A stretch of DNA of 36,607 nt. Source: a virus. A program made the position numbers and the translations under genes. Below the pieces are notes generated by a model. That model had not been told where the DNA came from, did not search any database, and was given only the letters and a program-made list of their open reading frames with translations. The DNA is taken from IMG/VR virus record IMGVR_UViG_3300006217_000229; one strand, written 5' to 3'. Positions within the stretch are counted from its first letter, which is position 1. Every line of letters begins with the position of its first letter. Of this stretch, positions 8,970 to 18,843 are shown piece after piece.

Positions 8970-9093
8970 AAAGGAGTTTACAAATGAAAAAGAAACTTAA
9001 ATACAAATTAAGAAGAATGCTATTCGCATATATACCATTCGTCTTGTTTTGGGATGGAATGTTTATATATACATTAATTAATTAAGAAAGGGA

Positions 9094-9348
9094 GTGATAA
9101 AAGTGCCAAAAGTTAATTTCTCAAAAATATTTAAAAAAGCAAAAGACATTTTAAATAAAGACAACACAATGATGCAATTTAAACTAGAAACAGTACAAGG
9201 CTTTTACAATATGAAAGACTGGAATAGTTGGTTAAAATTTAATGCTATGAATGGAAAACAGTTAAAACAAGCAGAAAAAGTCGATAGACAAATTAATTCT
9301 ATATTAGAAAAGCTATATGTTCCAGAGTACCAATCAGAAAACATATAG
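9094..9348 (+). CDS. Hypothetical protein
   Basis: ORF preceded by a GGGAG RBS. No family recognised. Confidence 0.45.
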   Translation: MIKVPKVNFSKIFKKAKDILNKDNTMMQFKLETVQGFYNMKDWNSWLKFNAMNGKQLKQAEKVDRQINSILEKLYVPEYQSENI

Positions 9349-9430
9349 CTAATAAGATAATTTAAATATCTATATTTATCTTATTTTATCATTAATTATA
9401 TCAAAAATCAAATTTTAGGAGGAAAAAATT

Positions 9431-9838
9431 ATGTTAGAAGAAGTTTTAAAATCAATTAATATAAATCTTGAAAGAATAGCAAACAGTCTAGAAAGGAACA
9501 CAACAAAGATTACGGCGAAAGGAATAGAACTGCCAATACCAGGGCAAATGAGTATAGAAGATGTTAAACCAGTAGGTGTAGAAGAGCCTAAGACTAATAC
9601 AGTACAAGCACCAAAGGTTGTAGAAGCTGCAACACCTGTAGTGCCAGTAGTGGCCCAAGTAGAAAGCTTTACACAAGAACAATTAGCAGTTGCGATGTCA
9701 AACGCAGTTAGTGCCGGAAAGATGGACATTATAACAGGTATCTTACAGAAATTTAATGTGCAAGCACTTACTCAAATAGATCCAAAAGACTACAATTCAT
9801 TAGCAGTAATGTTAAAAGAAGCAGGGGTGAAGATATAG
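9431..9838 (+). CDS. Hypothetical protein of the DUF2800-type replication module
   Basis: GGAGG RBS. The gene is translationally coupled to the downstream nuclease gene. Confidence 0.55.
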   Translation: MLEEVLKSININLERIANSLERNTTKITAKGIELPIPGQMSIEDVKPVGVEEPKTNTVQAPKVVEAATPVVPVVAQVESFTQEQLAVAMSNAVSAGKMDIITGILQKFNVQALTQIDPKDYNSLAVMLKEAGVKI

Positions 9839-11004
9839 TGGAAGATTTAAAACATGCAGTACTTTCTGCCAGTGGTAGTCACAAATGGCTAGTATGTACA
9901 CCTTCTGCTAGATTAGAAGAGAATTTTGAAAACAAAACAAGCAGCTATATGGCAGAAGGGACTCTTGCTCATCAAATAGCAGAATTTAAAGTAAGAAGTT
10001 ATTTTCTAGAACCAATACCTAAAGCTACATATACAAGAAGATTAAACAAGTTAAAAAAAGAAGAGTACTTTGATAAAGAAATGCTTACTCACACAGATAC
10101 ATATTTAGAATACATCAAAGGGATTGCGTTAGAAACCAATACAAAACCTTTTATAGCAGTTGAACAAAAAGTCGATTATAGTGATTATGCTCCAGAAGGA
10201 TTTGGAACAGCTGACTGCATACTTATATCTGGGAATGTTCTTAGAGTAATAGATTTTAAATACGGAAAAGGGGTAGAGGTATCAGCAGAGGAAAATCCAC
10301 AAATGAAACTATATGCATTAGGAGCACTAAAACAGTTTGGAATGTTTTACAACATTGAGTCCATAGAATTAAGTATTGTACAACCAAGAATAAATAATAT
10401 TTCAGAATTTACAATCTCTAAAGAAGAGCTACTAAATTGGGGCGAAACAATAGTAAAACCCCAAGCTCAAAAAGCATTTATGGGATTAGGAGAGTTTAAA
10501 CAAGGTGACCACTGTAAATTCTGTAGGGCAAAAGGAGCTTGCGAATTTAGAGCAAAAGAAAACATGAAGGTTGTAGAAGATGTAAAGCAAAAACAAATAA
10601 AAGGTCTCTTAAGCAACGAAGAAGTAGCAGAGGTTTTGAATAAGACTGAAGGACTAAATGATTGGATTAAGAGTGTATCAGAATATGCTTTAAATGAATT
10701 ATTGAAAGGGAATATCATTCCTGGTTATAAAGCAGTAGAAGGTAAAAGCAATAGAAAAATAGTTGATATAGATAAAGCATTTGAAATATTAGAAGCAAGT
10801 GGAATTGATGCAGCTTTATTATATGAAAGAAAACCGTTAACTTTAACACAATTAGAAAAAACAGTTGGTAAAAAACAAGTAGCAGAAACCATTGGAGATT
10901 ATATAGAAAAACCAAAAGGATCTCCAACATTAGCGAAAGAGTCAGATAAGAGACAATCTTATGAAGTAAAAACAAGTGCAGCACAGGATTTTGCAAATTT
11001 ATAA
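9838..11004 (+). CDS. PD-(D/E)XK nuclease, DUF2800 / Cas4-like
   Basis: N-terminal HAVLSASGSHKWLVCTPS, core DCILI...VIDFKYGKG, and C-terminal cysteine cluster HCKFCRAKGACEF. Confidence 0.8.
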   Translation: MEDLKHAVLSASGSHKWLVCTPSARLEENFENKTSSYMAEGTLAHQIAEFKVRSYFLEPIPKATYTRRLNKLKKEEYFDKEMLTHTDTYLEYIKGIALETNTKPFIAVEQKVDYSDYAPEGFGTADCILISGNVLRVIDFKYGKGVEVSAEENPQMKLYALGALKQFGMFYNIESIELSIVQPRINNISEFTISKEELLNWGETIVKPQAQKAFMGLGEFKQGDHCKFCRAKGACEFRAKENMKVVEDVKQKQIKGLLSNEEVAEVLNKTEGLNDWIKSVSEYALNELLKGNIIPGYKAVEGKSNRKIVDIDKAFEILEASGIDAALLYERKPLTLTQLEKTVGKKQVAETIGDYIEKPKGSPTLAKESDKRQSYEVKTSAAQDFANL

Positions 11005-11023
11005 AAATAGGAGGAAAAAAGTA

Positions 11024-11290
11024 ATGGAAAATAATGAATTAACAGATAGAGAAAAAATAAAAGGTTTAAGAATGATTACAGAAATGTTAGCCGAAGCATG
11101 TCCCGGTGAAGGATTTCCAAAATTAATGCTAACAAATATGGACGTTTCAGAACTGACACATAGAATTGAGAGTGCATCAGCAAAAAATAATAAATTAGCT
11201 GAGAAAGCGATCAATATTATGGGACAAATTAAGAATATATTACAAGATTTCATAGTTGAAAATAACATTGAGGGGGGGGGGAATAATTAA
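11024..11290 (+). CDS. Hypothetical protein
   Basis: AGGAGG RBS precedes ATG 11024. The gene ends in the G10 tract. Confidence 0.5.
   Translation: MENNELTDREKIKGLRMITEMLAEACPGEGFPKLMLTNMDVSELTHRIESASAKNNKLAEKAINIMGQIKNILQDFIVENNIEGGGNN
11272..11281 (+). repeat. Homopolymeric G10 tract
   Basis: Ten consecutive G in an AT-rich genome. The tract encodes GGG at the C-terminus of the 11024..11290 gene and serves as the purine-rich region before ATG 11290. Confidence 0.95.
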
Positions 11291-11469
11291 TGAGTACAAG
11301 ATCTACATTATTTCAAACACCTACTGTTGAAGTAGACCAATATAGATATGAAGAATTAATCAAAAATGAACAGAAATATGAACAATATAAAGCATGTGCA
11401 GATACACAAATAAAAGCTATCATAGAATCTGAAGAAATAGATGATGAAAATGAAAGAGAGGAAAAGTAA
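11290..11469 (+). CDS. Hypothetical small acidic protein (59 aa)
   Basis: The ATG overlaps the upstream stop. The ORF is below the 60-aa track threshold. Confidence 0.4.
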   Translation: MSTRSTLFQTPTVEVDQYRYEELIKNEQKYEQYKACADTQIKAIIESEEIDDENEREEK

Positions 11470-11470
11470 T

Positions 11471-11743
11471 ATGAGAGAAACAGTTATATTAAAAATATCA
11501 AGTAAATCAGAACCTGCAAAAGTTGCGGGATCAATAGCAGCAATGCTAAAAGAAAATAAGAATGTGGAATTACAAGCAATAGGCGCAGGAGCAATTAATC
11601 AATCCGTAAAAGCTATTGCGACAGTAAGAGGGTATGTGGCACCAATAGGAATAAACCTAAGTTGTATACCAGCATTTACTGATGTAGAAGTAGAGGATGA
11701 AGAGAGAACAGGAATCAAATTTATTTTAAAGGAGGACAAATAA
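11471..11743 (+). CDS. spoVS: SpoVS-like protein (stage V sporulation protein S family)
   Basis: LKISSKSEPAKVAGSIAAMLKENKNVELQAIGAGAINQSVKAIATVRGYVAPIGINLSCIPAFTDVEVEDEERTGIKFIL closely parallels Bacillus SpoVS along its whole length. Confidence 0.8.
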   Translation: MRETVILKISSKSEPAKVAGSIAAMLKENKNVELQAIGAGAINQSVKAIATVRGYVAPIGINLSCIPAFTDVEVEDEERTGIKFILKEDK

Positions 11744-12406
11744 ATGAGTTTAGTAGTAGGAGAAGTAAGATTTAGTTATGTTAGTGCTTTTGAGCCTAGA
11801 TTAACACCAAATGGGGATGAGAGATTTTCAGTTACTCTATTAGTACCAAAATCAAATACAGAAGCATATCAAAATATAATGAATGAAATACAAAAGTGTT
11901 TACAAGAAAATATAGCAACAACTTTTAAGGGAGTTGCTCCAGCAAATCCAAGATTACCAATTTATGATGGGGACGGAGTTCGTGAAAGTGGAGAGCCATT
12001 TGGGGAAGAGTGCAAAGGGCATTGGGTAATTTCAGCAAAATCAAATACAGGACCAGAAGTTGTAGATGCTAATCTTAATCCAATTATAAGCAAAGCAGAG
12101 TTCTATAGCGGATGTTATGGTAGAGCAAGTATAAGATTTTATGCATATAATCAAAATGGAAATAAAGGTATAGGATGCGGTTTAGGAAACTTACAAAAAT
12201 TAAGAGACGGACAACCTTTAGATGGAAGAACATCTGCAAAAGAAGATTTTGGAGCTTTCACACAACCAGCACCACAAATGCCACAGTATCAACAGCCTAT
12301 GCAACCAGCAACCCCAAATTATCAAATTGACCCAATAACAGGACAACCTATTGTTCCTCAAACGAACATGGTAAATCCTTTAAATAATATTTACGGGGTG
12401 AATTAG
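11744..12406 (+). CDS. DUF2815 family protein (phage ssDNA-binding-like)
   Basis: N-terminal VGEVRFSYVSAFEPR and a Q/P-rich C-terminal tail. It occupies the canonical position between DUF2800 and PolA. Confidence 0.7.
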   Translation: MSLVVGEVRFSYVSAFEPRLTPNGDERFSVTLLVPKSNTEAYQNIMNEIQKCLQENIATTFKGVAPANPRLPIYDGDGVRESGEPFGEECKGHWVISAKSNTGPEVVDANLNPIISKAEFYSGCYGRASIRFYAYNQNGNKGIGCGLGNLQKLRDGQPLDGRTSAKEDFGAFTQPAPQMPQYQQPMQPATPNYQIDPITGQPIVPQTNMVNPLNNIYGVN

Positions 12407-14368
12407 ATGAGAGAACTATCAATAGATATAGAGACTTACTCTTCTGTTGATATTCGGAAAATCAGGATTGTATAAGTATGTACAATCAAAAGACTTTGAA
12501 ATTCTTTTATTTGCCTATGCATTTGATAATGAGCAGGTAAAAATAATAGATTTAGCACAAGGAGAGCAGTTACCAGATGAATTAGTAACTGCTCTTTCTG
12601 ATAAGAGTGTTATAAAGACGGCATATAATGCAGCATTTGAATGGTATTGTTTGAATAAGTTTTGGAAAAGTCCAATAAATCAATGGCGATGCACAATGGT
12701 AAAAGGTCTCTATTCACGGTTACCCAGCAGGTTTGAAAGCAATAGGAAATGCAATGGGCTTATCTGAAGATAAGAAAAAGTTAGCAACAGGTACAGCTTT
12801 AATTAGATACTTTTGTGTTCCGTGTAAACCTACAAAAAGAAATGGAGGTAGAATTAGAAATTTACCTAAACATGAACCTGAAAAATGGAACCTATTTAAA
12901 CAGTATTGCTTACAAGATGTTGTAACAGAAAGAACTATAAAAAAAGAGTTAGAAAGTGTTAATTTTCCGAAATCTGAACAAGAACTATGGCAAATAGATA
13001 TGGCAATGAATGCCTATGGGGTAAAGATAGATAGACAACTTGTAGACGGGGCATTAAGTATAGCAGGTGTAAGAACTGAAGAATTATTATTAGAAGCTCA
13101 AGAACTATCTGGGTTAGATAATCCAAACAGTGTAGCACAATTAAAAGAATGGCTAGAAGGAGAAACAGGAAATGAAATCACAAGCCTTAACAAGAAAGAT
13201 GTACCTAAACTTATTGAGAATACTAATTCTGAAAAAGTAAAACGAATGCTTGAAATAAGACAAGAGCTTTCTAAGACCAGTACGAAAAAATATGATGCGA
13301 TGAATATAGCTATGGGAGAAGATGATAGAGTAAGAGGATTATTACAATTTTATGGAGCCAATAGAACAGGTAGATGGGCTGGTCGATTGGTACAGGTACA
13401 AAATTTACCACAAAATCATTTAGATACACTCTCATTCGCACGAGAATTAGTTAAGAACAAAAATTTAGATGCAATTAGGGTTGTTTATCGGCAACATACC
13501 GAGTACTCTGTCACAATTAATTAGAACAGCTTTTATTGCTACAGAAAATCATACTTTTGCTGTTGCAGATTATAGTGCAATAGAAGCAAGAGTAATCAGC
13601 TGGCTAGCCGAAGAACAATGGAGATTAGATGTGTTTAGAACACATGGCAGAATATATGAAGCCTCAGCATCTCAAATGTTTGGAGTACCAATTGAAAAGA
13701 TAAAAAAAGGTAACCCAGAGTATGAGTTAAGACAAAAAGGAAAAGTAGCAGAATTAGCTCTAGGGTACCAAGGAGGACCAGGAGCATTAATCCAAATGGG
13801 GGCATTAGACAAGGGGCTAAGTGAAGAGGAATTACCAGAGATAGTCCAAAGATGGAGAAGTTCAAATAGAAGAATAGTAGATTTATGGCATACTGTACAA
13901 AATTGTACAATTAACTGTTTAAAGACTGGACAAACTCAGGCTATGCAAAAAGGCATATACTTTTCTATTGAAAATGGAAATTTAGCAATTACATTACCAA
14001 GCAAACGACAATTATTCTATATAAAACCGCAGCTTGAAATAAATCAATATGGAAGAGAATCATTAATATACATGGGGCAAAATCAGACAACAAAAAAATG
14101 GGAAAAGATACCTACATATGGAGGAAAATTAACAGAAAATATTGTACAAGCTATTGCTAGAGATTGTCTAGCAGAGGGACTTAAAAATTTAGTAAGTGCA
14201 GGGTATAGACCTTTATTTCATATACATGATGAGATTATTGCAGAAGTACCAAAAGAATGTGCAAGATTAGATAAGATGATAGAACTTATGTGTAAAGTAC
14301 CAGAATGGGCTGAGGGACTACCATTGAATGCAGATGGATTCACATCAGATTATTATAAAAAAGAATAA
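12407..14368 (+). CDS. Family A DNA polymerase with 3'-5' exonuclease domain; needs +1 shifts at in-frame CGG 12455, 12717 and 13489
   Basis: MRELSIDIETYSSVDI[G]KSGLYKYV (ExoI DIET); ...VKGLYS[G]YPAGLKAIGNAMGL; ...AIRVVY[G]NIPSTLSQLIRTAFIA; then ADYSAIEARV, RQKGKVAELALGYQGG and HIHDEI polymerase motifs. Three track ORFs plus the 12407 start join into one protein. Confidence 0.85.
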
Positions 14369-14385
14369 ATAAGAAGGTGAAAAAA

Positions 14386-14622
14386 ATGATTAAAGAGTAC
14401 GCAATCTATAAAGGTGAAAATCAAATATTTGTAGGAACTATAGAAGAGTGCATGAAACACTTTAATGTGAAAAGAGAAACAGTCCATTTTTGGGCCTGCC
14501 CTGCAAATAAAAAAAGAGCTGATACTGGAGCAAGACCGGGGACAAAACCACGTAAAAAAGAATGCTCAGGAGTTAAAGTAGCTGTAAGACTATGGGAGGA
14601 GGATGACGATTTAGATGCTTAA
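14386..14622 (+). CDS. Hypothetical protein
   Basis: AGAAGG RBS lies 8 nt before ATG 14386. Confidence 0.5.
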   Translation: MIKEYAIYKGENQIFVGTIEECMKHFNVKRETVHFWACPANKKRADTGARPGTKPRKKECSGVKVAVRLWEEDDDLDA

Positions 14623-14791
14623 AGGAATAACTATAGAGAAAGCTAAACAAAATTTACAAGAAATAATTGAATTAAGTAAAAATGAAATAGAAATACAAGA
14701 TGAAAATGTAACAGCAGTATTAGATTTAAAAGATTTAACAAGTTTATCAGTAGTATTAGCAGAATTAGAAAGATTAAAAGAAGGAGAATAG
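14615..14791 (+). CDS. Hypothetical small protein (58 aa)
   Basis: The ATG overlaps the upstream gene end. Predicted coiled coil. Confidence 0.35.
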   Translation: MLKGITIEKAKQNLQEIIELSKNEIEIQDENVTAVLDLKDLTSLSVVLAELERLKEGE

Positions 14792-14793
14792 AT

Positions 14794-14937
14794 ATGAAAA
14801 TTATAAAATTAATAATATGTATAATAAATTTAATAGCATGTTTCACATTTTTTAAGTTTGAAAGTATAGATAAGAAAATATCTAGTATTGCATTAATAAT
14901 TGAAACGATAGGAGTATTTATATTATTTTTAATATAA
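14794..14937 (+). CDS. Hypothetical small membrane protein (47 aa)
   Basis: AAGGAG RBS and two hydrophobic segments. Confidence 0.35.
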   Translation: MKIIKLIICIINLIACFTFFKFESIDKKISSIALIIETIGVFILFLI

Positions 14938-14951
14938 AGAGGAGAGTAGAT

Positions 14952-15233
14952 ATGGAATTAATAAAAAATATATTATTTTATACAGCAACAATTAGTGGAA
15001 GTATTTGCATAATATTATTGTTTTTATGTGCAGTATATAAATGTTTTTGTATATTTTTAGACCATTGTAAAAATGCAAATGTATTAAGAAAATGTATACA
15101 AATATACATTAAAAGAAATAGACCAGATATTAAAATAGAATTAGAAAATATTGATATAGCAAAAAACGGAATACATAGAAATAAAGGAGGCTTAAACCAT
15201 GAGTGTCAAAGGAAAGTTAAAAAAATGCAATAA
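14952..15233 (+). CDS. Hypothetical membrane protein
   Basis: GAGGAG RBS and an N-terminal TM segment (ILFYTATISGSICIILLFLCAVY). Confidence 0.45.
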   Translation: MELIKNILFYTATISGSICIILLFLCAVYKCFCIFLDHCKNANVLRKCIQIYIKRNRPDIKIELENIDIAKNGIHRNKGGLNHECQRKVKKMQ

Positions 15234-15489
15234 AAGAATAGAAGATCTTGAAAAAGAAATAAGTAAGTTAAGAGAAAATGTACATATCAAAACTGCAGAA
15301 AATTCAAGCAGAGAGCAGCTATATGAAAATATAATAAAGTTTGCAATAACTAATCATTTAGGTGGACTTAAAGGAGGTATAGCAGTAGATGAGGTCTCAA
15401 TATATAAAATGAAGGATTTATATTTAGATATAGATCATAGTCATGTAATACCTGCTTATGTGATGAGAGTTGTACCTAAATATTATTAA
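15199..15489 (+). CDS. Hypothetical protein
   Basis: AAGGAGG RBS precedes ATG 15199. Confidence 0.5.
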   Translation: MSVKGKLKKCNKRIEDLEKEISKLRENVHIKTAENSSREQLYENIIKFAITNHLGGLKGGIAVDEVSIYKMKDLYLDIDHSHVIPAYVMRVVPKYY

Positions 15490-15505
15490 AGGAGGAAGAG
15501 TAAAT

Positions 15506-17962
15506 GTGCAAAACAATAAGAAGTTAACAATATCAGTGGCCAATAATAGGAAGTCAACGAATTGGATTTCACAAGAAATATTATGGTCAGATTTTATAAA
15601 TAGATTAAATAACCCCACTGTAACAAATGAAACCTTCGAGCAATTTATGAAAATGAAAAAGTCACAACAAGATCAGCTAAAAGATGTCGGAGGATTTGTA
15701 GGTGGAGCTCTAAAAGATAATAGACGTAAAGCATCAAATGTATTAAACAGATGTCTAATTACATTAGATGCAGACAGTATTGAAGCTGGACAAACTCAAA
15801 AGATACTGAATTTAGTTAGTGGTCTAGGTTGTAGCTATGCGCTATATTCTACTAGAAAACATAGCTCATTTAAACCAAGACTTAGAATAATAATTCCATT
15901 AGATAGAATAGTTACTGCAGAAGAATATGAGCCAATAGCAAGAAAGATTGCAAGTTTTATCGATATGGGAATAATGGATCCAAGTACATTTGAAGCTTCA
16001 AGGCTTATGTACTGGCCAAGTTGTTCAAAAGATAGTGAGTTTGTATTCAAATATGAAGATAAACCTTTTGCATCTGCAGATGGACTACTAAGTATGTATA
16101 AGAACTGGAAAGACATAGAGGAATGGCCAAAGATTGCAAACGAACCTGAGCTCGTGAGAAGAGAGCTAGCAAAACAAAAAGATCCATTATTAAAAGAAAA
16201 CATAGTTGGGGCCTTTTGTAAAACATATGACATCCCTAGTGTAATTGATAAGTATTTATCTCATATATATGAGCACGGAGATAAAGCAGATAAATATACA
16301 TACGTAGAAGGCTCAGTAGCAAATGGGGCAACCGTGTATGGAGAAGGTAAATGGTTATATAGTTTCCATGCAACAGACCCAGCAAGTAAAATATTATGCA
16401 ATAGCTTTGATCTCGTTAGAATCCATATATATGGTGATTTGGATGATGAGGCAAAAGAAGGGACACCAAGTTCACAGCTACCAAGTTATAAGGCTATGTG
16501 TCAATTTGCATTAGAAGATGCAGAAGTTGAGAAAATGTTTAAACAAGAGAGATTCGGAAAAGCAATACAGGAATTTACAGTAGAAGGCCCAGAAAATAAT
16601 ACTAAAATTTTAGAACAAGAAGAAATGGACTGGACATCAAAGCTCAAAATGACTCAGGACGGAAATTTAGCTAAGAGTGCAAGTAATGCCTTGGTTATAT
16701 TGGAAAATGACCCTAATTTAAAAAATAAGCTTATATTTGACCGCTTTACAGGTAGGTTTTTAATAAAAGATAAACTACCATGGGATTATAGAAAATTTGG
16801 AGAGAGATTGTGGTCAGATGAAGATGAGGCGTGCTTAAGAAATTATTTAGATAGCACTTACAATTTTAAAGCACCTGCGCTTATAAGAGATGCTTTGTGT
16901 GAGTTAAAAAGAAAAAACTCTACAAATGTAGTACAAGACTATTTTAATACTCTTAAGTGGGATGGAAAGCCAAGATTAGATACTTTATTAATAGATTACC
17001 TAGGTGCTGAGAATAGTAACTATACAAAAGCTATAACAAGAAAAGCATTTGTCGCTGCAGTAACAAGAGCGATGACAGAACAAGCAATTAAATTTGACAA
17101 CATGATAATACTAACTGGGCCACAAGGAATAGGCAAAAGTACATTGCTTGCTAAATTAGGAAAGAACTGGTTTACAGACAATATTATAGATTTTAATAAT
17201 AAAGATACATTATTAATAATGCAACAGTGCTTAATCATAGAAGTACCAGAGCTACAAGGATTTAATAAGGCAGATAGTAATAGATTAAAGCAGTTCATGA
17301 GCTTGAAAGTAGATACGTTCAGGGCACCGTACGACAGAGAGGCAAAAGAATACCCTAGACACTGTATATTTTTTGGTACTACAAATGATAGTGAATTTTT
17401 AAAAGATAGAACAGGAAATAGAAGGTATTGGCCAGTAGAATGTATGTACCAAAAACCAATAAAGAATGTGTTTAAAGACCTCGAGGGAGAAGTAGATCAG
17501 ATTTGGGCAGAAGCAATTGCAAGGTTTAGAGTTGGAGAAAAATTATACTTAGAAGGTGAAGTAGAAACACAGGCCGTGTCACATCAAGAAATGCACAGAG
17601 AAAGGCATCCTTGGGAAGGCCCAATTAGGGAGTTTGTCTGTCAGAAAGTTACAAGGGATTGGTTACAAGTTAAGATTTTAACGAGAAAAACTTTTAGTGC
17701 TTCAAATGAAAACGATTTAATTGATAGAGATAGAATATGTGCAGCAGAGGTGTGGTGTGAGTGTTTAGGAAATGATTTAAAAAACATGAAAATATCAGAC
17801 TCAAAAGTAATAAATGATATTTTAGAACATTTAAAATTTGAAGATAGGATGTTAACAAAATCTAATTTAAGATTTGGAAATGAGTATGGAACTCAAAGGG
17901 GGTTTAAGATTCTTTACAAGTCGAATCAGCTGCATGCAGACAAGTTTCTTAAACAAGGTTGA
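15506..17962 (+). CDS. Primase-helicase (N-terminal primase-like region plus VirE-family P-loop domain)
   Basis: GGAGG RBS then GTG 15506. The VirE-type region is KPRLDTLLIDYLGAE...MIILTGPQGIGKSTLLAKLG...IIEVPEL...FFGTTN. Confidence 0.8.
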   Translation: MQNNKKLTISVANNRKSTNWISQEILWSDFINRLNNPTVTNETFEQFMKMKKSQQDQLKDVGGFVGGALKDNRRKASNVLNRCLITLDADSIEAGQTQKILNLVSGLGCSYALYSTRKHSSFKPRLRIIIPLDRIVTAEEYEPIARKIASFIDMGIMDPSTFEASRLMYWPSCSKDSEFVFKYEDKPFASADGLLSMYKNWKDIEEWPKIANEPELVRRELAKQKDPLLKENIVGAFCKTYDIPSVIDKYLSHIYEHGDKADKYTYVEGSVANGATVYGEGKWLYSFHATDPASKILCNSFDLVRIHIYGDLDDEAKEGTPSSQLPSYKAMCQFALEDAEVEKMFKQERFGKAIQEFTVEGPENNTKILEQEEMDWTSKLKMTQDGNLAKSASNALVILENDPNLKNKLIFDRFTGRFLIKDKLPWDYRKFGERLWSDEDEACLRNYLDSTYNFKAPALIRDALCELKRKNSTNVVQDYFNTLKWDGKPRLDTLLIDYLGAENSNYTKAITRKAFVAAVTRAMTEQAIKFDNMIILTGPQGIGKSTLLAKLGKNWFTDNIIDFNNKDTLLIMQQCLIIEVPELQGFNKADSNRLKQFMSLKVDTFRAPYDREAKEYPRHCIFFGTTNDSEFLKDRTGNRRYWPVECMYQKPIKNVFKDLEGEVDQIWAEAIARFRVGEKLYLEGEVETQAVSHQEMHRERHPWEGPIREFVCQKVTRDWLQVKILTRKTFSASNENDLIDRDRICAAEVWCECLGNDLKNMKISDSKVINDILEHLKFEDRMLTKSNLRFGNEYGTQRGFKILYKSNQLHADKFLKQG

Positions 17963-18209
17963 CAAATAATAAGTAAACGTTAACACATTTGTTGACACAA
18001 AATACGTTGAAATATAAACGAATATTAAGTGTTGTTAACAATGTTAATAAAATATTACTTTAAATATTAAAAATAAGAAATTATAAAAACAGGCGTGCGT
18101 AACGCACCTACATATATGCACACGTAAGGGAAAAAATGTTAATTTTGTCAACAAACAATTAAAAGCGTTGATATATCAAGGAAAAGTGCGTTAACAGTCT
18201 TTGTTAACA
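17959..18209. promoter_or_regulatory. Candidate replication origin: iteron cluster, AT-rich core and GC-rich palindrome
   Basis: About 11 copies of GTT(A/G)A(C/T/A)A are present, for example at 17959, 17979, 17991, 18006, 18034, 18043, 18138, 18167, 18190 and 18203, plus an inverted copy near 18146. A nearly pure AT block spans 18040-18090. The palindrome gtgcgt-a-acgcac lies at 18095-18107. The region is non-coding and directly follows the primase-helicase gene. Confidence 0.55.
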
Positions 18210-18228
18210 TTAGAAGGGAGATAAAAAA

Positions 18229-18537
18229 ATGATAATAGTAGATCAAGATAAAAAGGAGATTACAAATTTTGATAATATGATGGCTATAGATGTTTTAGAT
18301 TGTAAAGAAGATGGATTTTTAATTTCTGCAGCATTCTTAATAGGAATAGATGGTATTTATAGAGAACTAGGATATTACAAAACAGAAGAAAGAGCAAAGG
18401 AAGTATTACACGAAATAGTAAAAGAGTATTCCAGTTATTTAGAATTAAGAGGTGGACCTGCAGTTTTAAAGGGAACATCTGATGTGCAACCTAATATATT
18501 TAGCATACCAAAAGTATATGAAATGCCTAAAGAGTAG
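18229..18537 (+). CDS. Hypothetical protein
   Basis: GGGAG RBS. No family recognised. Confidence 0.5.
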   Translation: MIIVDQDKKEITNFDNMMAIDVLDCKEDGFLISAAFLIGIDGIYRELGYYKTEERAKEVLHEIVKEYSSYLELRGGPAVLKGTSDVQPNIFSIPKVYEMPKE

Positions 18538-18551
18538 GAGGAACAAAAAGA

Positions 18552-18842
18552 ATGTTAGAAAAGGAATTAGAAAAAAAGTTAGTAGATAAAGTAAAACAAA
18601 AAGGTGGACGAGCATATAAATTTATTTCTCCAGGAAATTCTGGAGTACCAGATAGATTAGTTGTACTTCCAAAAGGAAAAGTAGGGTTTGCAGAAATGAA
18701 AAAAAGTCCTTCAGAAAGACCAACAGCATTACAGAAAGCACAGATTAGATTTTTAAATAGTTTAGGGTGCTTTGCCCAGGTAGTCAATTCTGAAGAAGCA
18801 ATAGAGTCCTTCCTAGAAACCTTAGAGAAATGGGGTAACTAA
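18552..18842 (+). CDS. VRR-NUC domain nuclease
   Basis: GGRAYKFISPGNSGVPDRLVVLPKGKVGFAEMKKS...QKAQIRFLNSLG fits the VRR-NUC D...E-x-K pattern. Confidence 0.75.
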   Translation: MLEKELEKKLVDKVKQKGGRAYKFISPGNSGVPDRLVVLPKGKVGFAEMKKSPSERPTALQKAQIRFLNSLGCFAQVVNSEEAIESFLETLEKWGN

Positions 18843-18843
18843 T

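Noticed and set aside
15161-15233. aaaaacgga at 15167 as another inserted-C site, which would end gene 14952 just before the next RBS
   Set aside because: In the operative frame it is AAC-GGA (Asn-Gly), not an in-frame CGG. The existing reading is open and plausible.
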